The notes beneath the pieces are model-generated. The model had not been told where the DNA came from. It searched no databases and saw nothing but the letters and a program-made list of their open reading frames with translations. From assembly GCF_002945325.1 (NCBI RefSeq), contig NZ_CP026606.1, forward strand, positions 1,440,001 to 1,472,000: a stretch of 32,000 bases of DNA, read 5' to 3'. Numbering within the stretch: the stretch's first letter is position 1; each line of letters opens with the position of its first letter. Made by a program: the position numbers and the translations under genes. The stretch comes from Methanococcus maripaludis (GTDB lineage Archaea; AGJL01; Methanococci; Methanococcales; Methanococcaceae). Shown here piece by piece: positions 25,237 to 32,000 of this stretch.

Positions 25237-25662
25237 TTAGTGTTGTTCTACCCAGTAGGAACCATCTTTTGAAAATTCCTTTTTCCATATTGGAACTTCT
25301 TCTTTTAAGCTGTCGATCAAATATTCACAGGCTAAAAATGCTTCTTTTCTGTGTTTTGCTCCAACAACTATCAATACAATATTATCCCCTACTTTTAGCG
25401 TTCCAATCCTGTGAATCAATGTAGCATCGATAATGTTAAACTTTTCAATCGCCCTATTTTTTAATTCTTCAAGTTTTTTTGAAGCCATCTGTTCGTAGCA
25501 TTCAAATTCAATAAATTCAGCCTCTTTTTCAACGCCTTTATTGTAACCTACGTTTCTAACAACCCCTACAAAATTTACAAGTCCACCTATTTCAGGATGA
25601 TTTTTTAAAAGGGCTTTAGTTTCAACGTCAATGTTAAAATCTTCATTAGACACTCTAATCAT
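25237..25662 (-). CDS. moaE: Molybdopterin synthase catalytic subunit
   Basis: GGLVNFVGVVR, IVLIVVGAKHRKEAF and PIWKKE are MoaE signatures. The start overlaps the moeB end by 8 nt (GGTGG-N5-ATG). Confidence 0.9.
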   Translation of the reverse strand: MIRVSNEDFNIDVETKALLKNHPEIGGLVNFVGVVRNVGYNKGVEKEAEFIEFECYEQMASKKLEELKNRAIEKFNIIDATLIHRIGTLKVGDNIVLIVVGAKHRKEAFLACEYLIDSLKEEVPIWKKEFSKDGSYWVEQH

Positions 25663-26374
25663 TTAAACCACCGCAAATTTTACATTCAGGATTTTTCTTT
25701 ATATTAAACGTGAAATAGTCATTTGTTCGCATATTTATTGAAAGCAATTTATTTTTTAAAGGAGTTCCAATTCCAGTTATTAATTTTATCGCTTCACTCG
25801 CCTGAATTGAACCAATTACTCCAGGGGTTACTCCAAGTACCGGAAAAGACTTATTTTTTTCTTCATCTTTTAATTTAAAAATACATTCAATACATGGAGT
25901 TTTATTTGGAATTATCGTTGTAACCTGGCCTCTTAAATCTTCAATTGCGCCATGAACGAGGGGGATTTTATATTTATTTGAAAATCTATTTAATAAATAT
26001 CTAGCTTTAAAATTATCAAGACAGTCAATAATAACATCTGAATTTTTGATGTGATTTTCGTTTACTTTTTCAGGATAAATTTCAATGTTTATCTCTGAAT
26101 TAATACTTTCTAACTTTTCTTTTGCAGAAATAACCTTTTTTATTCCAATGTCCTTTTCAAAATGCAAGATCTGTCTGTTTAAATTTGAAAGTTCAACTTC
26201 CTGATAATCAACTAATTTTAAGTTTCCAACTCCTGCGGCAGCTAGATATTGTGAAACAACGGTTCCAAGGCCCCCAACACCGACAACAGTTACAGTTGCA
26301 TCTAGCAGTTTTTTTTGGCCAGTTTCTCCGAAATCATCCATTAAAATCTGTCTTTTGTATCTTTCCAAGTTCAT
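25655..26374 (-). CDS. moeB: MoeB/ThiF/UbaA-type E1-like adenylyltransferase
   Basis: RYKRQI, VVGVGGLGTVVSQYLAAAGVG, DYQEVELSNLNRQ, and two CxxC pairs (CIEC and CKIC). Confidence 0.85.
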   Translation of the reverse strand: MNLERYKRQILMDDFGETGQKKLLDATVTVVGVGGLGTVVSQYLAAAGVGNLKLVDYQEVELSNLNRQILHFEKDIGIKKVISAKEKLESINSEINIEIYPEKVNENHIKNSDVIIDCLDNFKARYLLNRFSNKYKIPLVHGAIEDLRGQVTTIIPNKTPCIECIFKLKDEEKNKSFPVLGVTPGVIGSIQASEAIKLITGIGTPLKNKLLSINMRTNDYFTFNIKKNPECKICGGLND

Positions 26375-26453
26375 AGTATCACAGTTATTTAAACAACTAT
26401 ATGCTTTAAGTTATAATAATATTGATGGTATGATTTTGGAGTGTGGTGTAAAA

Positions 26454-27155
26454 ATGTCTAAAATGGTTACAAAAGTTAAAACGTATTCTTGGAGCGCAGA
26501 AAAAGGGCTTTTAGAAAAAGAAGACACGATAGTAACTGAGGATTTTTATGAATTATACCTTGACGGAAAATTAATTGAAACAATGGTCGTATCTCCTGAA
26601 AATATTGAAGAATTGGGTATTGGATACACTATTTCAGAAGGATACATCGCTCCAGAAAGTTTTTCAGAAATTAAGATAGATGATAAAAAGATATATGTAA
26701 ACTCAAAAGAACTGGAAAAAGTAGATACAAAAAAAGGTAACGTAAATTTAAAATTGAGTACAATTAAAAAAATCATGGAAACCATGCCTACTCTTTCAGA
26801 CACCTGGAAGATAACCGGTGGAGTTCACTGGGCAGCACTCTTTGATTTTTCAGGAAACAAAATAGTTTATTTTGAAGATATCGGAAGGCACAATGCAGTA
26901 GATAAGGTAGTTGGATACGCTGTTTTAAACAATATTGATTTAAACAATTGCGTACTTGCATCGAGTGGAAGACAGCCAACAGCAATGGTTAAAAAGGTAG
27001 TAAATTCTAAAATTCCCGTAATAATTACGAAATCCCCGTCAACAGATAAGGGGGTAATTTTGGCGAAAGAAAATGATATTTTATTAATCGGTTTTGCAAG
27101 AATTGACCGATTTACCGTATATCATGGAGTAGAAAAGATAGATTTTAAATCATAA
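26454..27155 (+). CDS. fdhD: FdhD-family formate dehydrogenase / W-Mo-bisPGD enzyme accessory (sulfur-carrier) protein
   Basis: GGVHWAALFD, EDIGRHNAVDKV, SSGRQPTAMVKK and LLIGFAR blocks. ATG 26454 is preferred (GGAGTGTGGTG upstream) over the 33-codon longer ORF that would overlap moeB. Confidence 0.85.
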   Translation: MSKMVTKVKTYSWSAEKGLLEKEDTIVTEDFYELYLDGKLIETMVVSPENIEELGIGYTISEGYIAPESFSEIKIDDKKIYVNSKELEKVDTKKGNVNLKLSTIKKIMETMPTLSDTWKITGGVHWAALFDFSGNKIVYFEDIGRHNAVDKVVGYAVLNNIDLNNCVLASSGRQPTAMVKKVVNSKIPVIITKSPSTDKGVILAKENDILLIGFARIDRFTVYHGVEKIDFKS

Positions 27156-27205
27156 TGTTTATTTTTTCTAACGTAATCTAATTAATTTAAAGATATGTGG
27201 GTTAT

Positions 27206-28096
27206 ATGGATAATAATCTTGAATTTAGACCTTGGACGCAAAATAAGCGAAATTTAAAGCATTTAAATCAGTTAAAAGAAGATATTTTAAACAATTTTGA
27301 AGATTTGAATTTAAAAGATGAAAAAATAATTGTAATGCTCAGTGGTGGAAAAGATAGTGCCGTTTCACTTGCAATTGCAAAGGAACTTGGATTAAACGTT
27401 CATTTGTGTGTTCATTTTGTCCACAAATGGAGTTGGGATATTTCAACAAACGAAGCAAAAAAATTAGCAGATCGATTTAATGTACCGATAATATTTCCAG
27501 ATATTACTGAAGAACTGGCCAAAAAAACACAGGGTGCCAAAGGAAAAAGCATCTGCCGAATTTGTAAAACTATAATGAAAGCTCGAATGATAGATATTGC
27601 GAAAGTCGAGAATGCAAAAATAATAATGACTGGGGAAACTGCACTTGAAAAAATTGCAGGCCCTGTTTTTCAATATATCCGTGAAAATAATGCAAATGTT
27701 AAAAGAAAAGATGAATTTGAACTCTACAAAAAAATGGAGATTACAAAGGTTCCAAAAAGATACAAAATTCATTTTTTTAGGCCTTTAATTCGTGTTGGAC
27801 ATTTTGATGTATTTAATCTTCAAAAACACTACAAGATAGATATAAAACGTGTAAGCGAAGCCGGAAATAAAATCGGATACTGGAGAGAGGGGTGCTGTCT
27901 TCAGTACTGTACTCCAACTTGCGAACTGACAACTGAATTATTTGATGATTTATATAAAATAAATAAAAAAGCAACAGAAATTGCGCGAGATTGTGGATTT
28001 AGGGCATCAATTACCCTTCCAGCAAAAGAAATAACTGTAATTCCAGAAGAAGAAAAAAACTTTAAAAAGATCGAAGAACTTTTAAAAGAGATTTAA
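27206..28096 (+). CDS. PP-loop ATPase with a TtcA/TtuA/Ncs6-like Cys arrangement (putative thiolation enzyme)
   Basis: PP-loop VMLSGGKDSA, then CRICK about 70 residues later, then the GCCLQYCTPTC cluster about 110 residues after that. ATG 27206 is preferred over GTG 27197. Confidence 0.6.
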   Translation: MDNNLEFRPWTQNKRNLKHLNQLKEDILNNFEDLNLKDEKIIVMLSGGKDSAVSLAIAKELGLNVHLCVHFVHKWSWDISTNEAKKLADRFNVPIIFPDITEELAKKTQGAKGKSICRICKTIMKARMIDIAKVENAKIIMTGETALEKIAGPVFQYIRENNANVKRKDEFELYKKMEITKVPKRYKIHFFRPLIRVGHFDVFNLQKHYKIDIKRVSEAGNKIGYWREGCCLQYCTPTCELTTELFDDLYKINKKATEIARDCGFRASITLPAKEITVIPEEEKNFKKIEELLKEI

Positions 28097-28116
28097 TTTT
28101 AAATTTTATTTTTAAT

Positions 28117-28521
28117 TTATTTTCTAAGTGTTGCAATAAGTCTTTTTTCATTTAAAAGCAGATTTATCGCATCTTTTATATTGTTAATCACGATATCTGA
28201 CTTTAAAAGTGCATTTGTTGATGCCCCTTCTTCCCCGATTATTAATATTCCAAGTTCACTTTTTTCAAGCATCATGCAGTCGTTATTTCCATTTCCAATT
28301 CCAATATATGGAGAATATTTTTCAGCAGCATTTACTTTTTCTATTTCGTTTTTAATCCTGTCAACTGCAATTGGAAGACCTTTGAATTCTTTTTCCAACG
28401 TTCCGTAAGTGTCTGCCGTAAGTACAACGAGTTTGTAAGTTTTTCCAAGTTCTTTTAAAAGTTCTTTTATTTTCTCACTTACAAGCCCATCGACTGCCAA
28501 AGTCCCGTTTAAATCAAACAC
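28117..28521 (-). CDS. Small HAD-superfamily / soluble P-type-ATPase-like (COG4087-like) protein; the true start is possibly upstream
   Basis: FDLNGTLAVDG (HAD motif I variant), VVLTADT, and GNGNNDCMML (motif IV). The listed GTG 28521 has no SD, while the frame is open to 28575 with GGGTGG at 28570-28575. Confidence 0.6.
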   Translation of the reverse strand: MFDLNGTLAVDGLVSEKIKELLKELGKTYKLVVLTADTYGTLEKEFKGLPIAVDRIKNEIEKVNAAEKYSPYIGIGNGNNDCMMLEKSELGILIIGEEGASTNALLKSDIVINNIKDAINLLLNEKRLIATLRK

Positions 28522-28594
28522 AACTGTTTTAGAAGTTATTTTTCCGTAATTTGGAATATCAATAATAATACCACCCTAAAAAGAAGAAAATTAA

Positions 28595-29653
28595 TTATTT
28601 AGCCAATTTTACGTATTCATTAAATGCTTCTCGAGTAGTTCCAACAACAACTCGTTTGTAAGTTTCTTTTCCATAAACTTCTTCTAGTTTTCCGCGAACA
28701 ATAATTTCTTCGCCATTATATGTGGATCCAGCATAAGTGTGGGTAAATGATACCACTTCTTCAATTTCAGATGCTAAAACTTCTGCATTATTTTCATTGT
28801 TTAAAATTTCGACATTTTCAACTTTGTACACGGCAGGATTATCAAAAACAAAGGTATCGTCTTTAACTTTTGCTTTAATCTGGATAAATCCTAAATTTTT
28901 GTATTTTTTATCCCCATAGTTTTCAGTTATTTCATCCCATTCTCTTGTTGCAAGTAAATCAAACATTACGCCATCAACAACGCCCCTGTTCAATTTTCTC
29001 TTTTCATGCCAAACAAACTCATCGTAAGTTAATGTTCCATCTTTTATTCTTTTTACATATGCTTTTTTCCAGAAATCTTCAGAAAGTGGTTCTAAAACGC
29101 CATCTTTAAAAGTAACGGATAGAATTTCTCTTGCAATTTTGTGTTTTTCCATCCCATAAATTACAAAATCAATGTCTGAATTTTCATTGTTTAGTTTTAA
29201 AACGGTTGAACCTGAAACTCCCATATTTTTATATTCAAGCCCGTAATCATGAAGCGTATCTGCTAATTTTGCACATTTTATTTCAGCTTCAGTATTTTGT
29301 TCATTTAAAACTTCTTCTAATCTTTTTTGGGGGCTCAGAATTTCTTTAATGTTATTTTTAGGAATTGCATGCAAAAGCACGTCGTTTATTTCATCATAAA
29401 ATAAATATTCTGGGTAGTATTCTTTTAAAATTGCGTAAGCTTTGCTACTATCTGCCACTTTTATGAATCTTTCCCCATTAAGTATTCTTATGTCGTTTTC
29501 ATCAAGATCATAGTCTTTTAAAAGATGATTTCCAATTTTATCGATATTTATGTATCTTAAAAAAGAAATAACTGAATTTTCTGGATGATAATAAGTATTT
29601 ACTGCAAAATAACCTTCATTAGTTTTTACAAAATCCCTGATACGAGTATCCAT
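28595..29653 (-). CDS. Predicted Pol-beta-superfamily nucleotidyltransferase with a C-terminal OB-like domain
   Basis: GVSGSTVLKLNNENSDIDFVIYG matches the GS-x(9-13)-DxD NTase motif. The beta-rich C-terminal part is about 90 aa. Confidence 0.5.
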   Translation of the reverse strand: MDTRIRDFVKTNEGYFAVNTYYHPENSVISFLRYINIDKIGNHLLKDYDLDENDIRILNGERFIKVADSSKAYAILKEYYPEYLFYDEINDVLLHAIPKNNIKEILSPQKRLEEVLNEQNTEAEIKCAKLADTLHDYGLEYKNMGVSGSTVLKLNNENSDIDFVIYGMEKHKIAREILSVTFKDGVLEPLSEDFWKKAYVKRIKDGTLTYDEFVWHEKRKLNRGVVDGVMFDLLATREWDEITENYGDKKYKNLGFIQIKAKVKDDTFVFDNPAVYKVENVEILNNENNAEVLASEIEEVVSFTHTYAGSTYNGEEIIVRGKLEEVYGKETYKRVVVGTTREAFNEYVKLAK

Positions 29654-29725
29654 AATTTCACTTCTTAAAAATTAAAAGAATATGAGTTTATCATATATTT
29701 TATGGTACATATAATTCAATTTAAA

Positions 29726-30028
29726 TTATCCCTGTTTTAACCCAACTGCGGCCCCTGCTGCAAATCCTCCACCTAAAGATACAGAATGAATTAATCCAAC
29801 AGCTAAACTTCCATAAGACATCACTGCACCTTCTACATTTCCAACAAGACCAAATAATGCATCTACATTTATTGAAATAACCCCTAAATTACTCAGGTAA
29901 ATTAAACTGAATACATAAAGGCCCATTAACGCAATAACCACTTTTAGGGCTATTTTAATTCCCCAGCCAACAATAAATCCAGTTATAAATCCGGTTCCAA
30001 GGTCCGGAACAAATTGCAGTATGTCCAT
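29726..30028 (-). CDS. Small Gly-rich integral membrane protein (FUN14-like)
   Basis: Three predicted hydrophobic helices in 100 aa, rich in G/I/V. The resemblance to archaeal FUN14-family proteins is judged from memory. Confidence 0.45.
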   Translation of the reverse strand: MDILQFVPDLGTGFITGFIVGWGIKIALKVVIALMGLYVFSLIYLSNLGVISINVDALFGLVGNVEGAVMSYGSLAVGLIHSVSLGGGFAAGAAVGLKQG

Positions 30029-30122
30029 GATTTATACCCTTTTTACGCTTTTATATTGATATTATTTATTCGTTAAACATTTTTTATATCTTTTTATTTG
30101 GGTTTTAAAAATTAAACGTTTT

Positions 30123-30770
30123 TTAAGACGCGGAAGTAATATTCATTTTAAATAAGCTGTTATTAATGTCACCAACAGGAATTCCATTTTCTAACACGTA
30201 AGTTCCAAGTAACAAGTCGTCATTTTCAATAATTGTTCGATTTATAATATTTTTACCTGCAATATCATCAATATTTTCCATGAAATATCTATTTTCGTTT
30301 AAATTTTCTGTAATTAGTTCAGCGTAATTATATTCTTCGCCAATTTCTATGAATATCCCATAATTTTTGTTATAGACAATAACGTCGTTATAATTAAGGG
30401 GTTTATTGTATTTAAGATCTGGTTTTTGAACGTAATCTGAATTTAAAAATATCATTCCATTTTTCGTTTGTATATTTTCATCTGCAAAAAGGCTTCCAAA
30501 TCTCCATAAAGGGGTTTTTACAGCTATTTTTGAATAGTTATTCTTATCAATGTACGCCCCATCAAATATTATAAAGAAATAGTCTGGAGTTTGATGTTCT
30601 GAAGTTTTATTTGTAACTAATTTTAGCATATCTTTATTTAAGTAGATAAATTCTGGATAAGGGCTATTTTCAACGATTTCAACAGAGCTGTAGTCGTTTC
30701 CGATACATCCTGAAAATGAGGTTAATAGTAATAATCCAAAGACTGAAAGTAAACTGGCTACTTTTTTCAA
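30123..30770 (-). CDS. Hypothetical lipoprotein
   Basis: Signal peptide plus lipobox SFSGC. TTG start with GAGGAG-N6, 13 nt after the cbiE stop. No recognisable domain. Confidence 0.5.
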   Translation of the reverse strand: MKKVASLLSVFGLLLLTSFSGCIGNDYSSVEIVENSPYPEFIYLNKDMLKLVTNKTSEHQTPDYFFIIFDGAYIDKNNYSKIAVKTPLWRFGSLFADENIQTKNGMIFLNSDYVQKPDLKYNKPLNYNDVIVYNKNYGIFIEIGEEYNYAELITENLNENRYFMENIDDIAGKNIINRTIIENDDLLLGTYVLENGIPVGDINNSLFKMNITSAS

Positions 30771-30783
30771 AAGTATCTCCTCT

Positions 30784-31410
30784 TTAGTTTATAATGCAGA
30801 CCAAAAGGTAAGAATAATCATTTTCCATTAAATTTGATATTTTATCCGTAATTATTCTTTCGTTTGAATATGAAAGATTTTCAAGAACGGTTATTTCTTT
30901 TTCGTCCGAAATTCCATTTTCAATCAAGAATTTAAGGTCATTTTTTAAATTATTCGGTAAAAAAATCACTTTTTCATCATTTTTCACATAATCTAACAGC
31001 TTTTTTAAATTTTCTTCTTTTCCATGTATTGTTAAAATGTTATAATCTTCCCAAGATATTTTGGCTTTTGCAGCTGCCATTTGAATTGACGAAATTCCAG
31101 GGATCACTTCAAAATCTTCTTTTTTAATAAAATCAAATGAAGATATAGTTTTTAAAAGACCGCTGAAACACGGGTCCCCCGTTGAGAGTATCGAAACCTT
31201 TTCTTTAGGATTTGAATTTTTATAGTTTTTTAAAAATTCATAAAGTTCGTTTTTAAGATTTACCGTAAGTTCTATTTTTTTTCCGTTAGTTTCAAAGATT
31301 TCAAGGGACCTTTTACTTCCCAAAACAAAATCCGAAGTTTTAACTGTATCAACTGCTTTTTCTGTAACATAATCCCTGCTTCCAGGCCCAATTCCAACGA
31401 TATAAATCAC
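30784..31410 (-). CDS. cbiE: Cobalt-precorrin-7 (C5)-methyltransferase / precorrin-6Y methylase subunit
   Basis: IYIVGIGPG, LSTGDPCFSG and PGISS motifs of tetrapyrrole methylases, at the roughly 200-aa size typical of CbiE. Confidence 0.85.
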   Translation of the reverse strand: MIYIVGIGPGSRDYVTEKAVDTVKTSDFVLGSKRSLEIFETNGKKIELTVNLKNELYEFLKNYKNSNPKEKVSILSTGDPCFSGLLKTISSFDFIKKEDFEVIPGISSIQMAAAKAKISWEDYNILTIHGKEENLKKLLDYVKNDEKVIFLPNNLKNDLKFLIENGISDEKEITVLENLSYSNERIITDKISNLMENDYSYLLVCIIN

Positions 31411-31524
31411 TGTATCCCATTTATAATTTTTTTTGAAGAAAATTTAGCGAAACTATATTTAAAATGATATTTAATATAAGATTTAAAAACTATTAATCTT
31501 TCGAAAAAATTTTTCAGGAATATC

Positions 31525-32000
31525 ATGGATTTTGAAAAGTACGATGTGGTAATTGTCGGTGGCGGGCCTTGTGGATTTATTACTGGAGAGAATATTAAAA
31601 ATAAAAATGTTCTCGTTTTAGAGGAGCATCAGGAAATTGGGGTTCCATTTCAGTGTGCAGGGCTTTTAAGTAAAAAATGTATAAATGAACTGGGAAATCC
31701 TAAAGGTTCAGTAAATAAAGTTAGGGGGGCGCATATTTATTCAAAAAACAGTTCTATTACGGTTGGAAATGAAGAAATCAGGGCAGAAGTTTTTGAAAGA
31801 AAGGTAATGGATAAAGATATTGCCGTCAGGGCTTCTAAAAATGTGGATATTTTATTAAAATCGTACGGAAAAATTAAAAATTCAAACAATTTATCCAATC
31901 GCGATAAATGTATGCATAATTTGGAGATAATGCACATTGGGGACACTTTCGAAATATCTCCTGAAATAATTATCGGGGCTGACGGGATCAGGTCCACAAT
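31525..32000 (+). CDS. Geranylgeranyl reductase family flavoprotein, 3'-truncated by the window edge
   Basis: It is absent from the ORF track because no stop is reached. I hand-translated it from ATG 31525: MDFEKYDVVIVGGGPCGFITGE...IIGADGIRST (FAD GxGxxG and GADG motifs), with no in-frame stop to nt 32000. Confidence 0.8.
   Translation, partial: MDFEKYDVVIVGGGPCGFITGENIKNKNVLVLEEHQEIGVPFQCAGLLSKKCINELGNPKGSVNKVRGAHIYSKNSSITVGNEEIRAEVFERKVMDKDIAVRASKNVDILLKSYGKIKNSNNLSNRDKCMHNLEIMHIGDTFEISPEIIIGADGIRST

Noticed and set aside
26375-26453. A possible leaderless transcript for moeB, since TATA-like sequence lies only about 16-30 nt from the ATG.
   Set aside because: I cannot position a TSS from sequence alone, and a GTGAT SD-like element also lies 2 nt from the ATG. 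The evidence is too weak to call.
31737-31997. An 86-aa minus-strand ORF at the right edge.
   Set aside because: It is antisense to the clearly recognisable, hand-translated geranylgeranyl reductase N-terminus (GxGxxG FAD motif) on the plus strand.

Overview
This is an AT-rich, gene-dense chromosomal segment with about 40 CDS and short spacers. The gene content includes a formylmethanofuran dehydrogenase operon with an 8-cluster polyferredoxin, SepCysS, an archaeal-type PheT beta subunit, CbiE and a geranylgeranyl reductase. Together with GGTGA-type Shine-Dalgarno sites and TTTATATA boxes, this points to a hydrogenotrophic methanogen of the Methanococcales, most like Methanococcus (maripaludis-like). 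The species cannot be verified without a database search. I saw no rRNA, tRNA, CRISPR array, transposase, integrase or long DNA repeat. Most of the window is housekeeping: hemB, pheT, purM, nadA, moaE/moeB, fdhD, cbiE and the fwd genes. The strongest candidate for an undescribed system is the minus-strand array at about 20.9-26.4 kb together with the divergent fdhD unit up to 28.1 kb. It packs together SepCysS, a Cys-rich LarE-like PP-loop sulfur transferase, a BioB-like radical SAM with an altered auxiliary-cluster ligand pattern, UPF0280, MoaE, an E1-like MoeB, a Cys-loop-less FdhD and a TtcA/TtuA-like PP-loop ATPase. Within it, BioB-like > LarE-like > SepCysS > a small membrane-anchored protein are translationally coupled. 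Secondary candidates are: (1) a HerA-like ATPase operon with a CxxCxxCC protein, a membrane protein and a triple zinc-ribbon protein; (2) a NERD/zinc-ribbon gene abutting an endonuclease-V-like gene; (3) an HTH-ferredoxin fusion at the head of the fwd operon; (4) a short Cys-poor E1-like protein. All functional calls rest on motif recognition by eye, and no searches were run.
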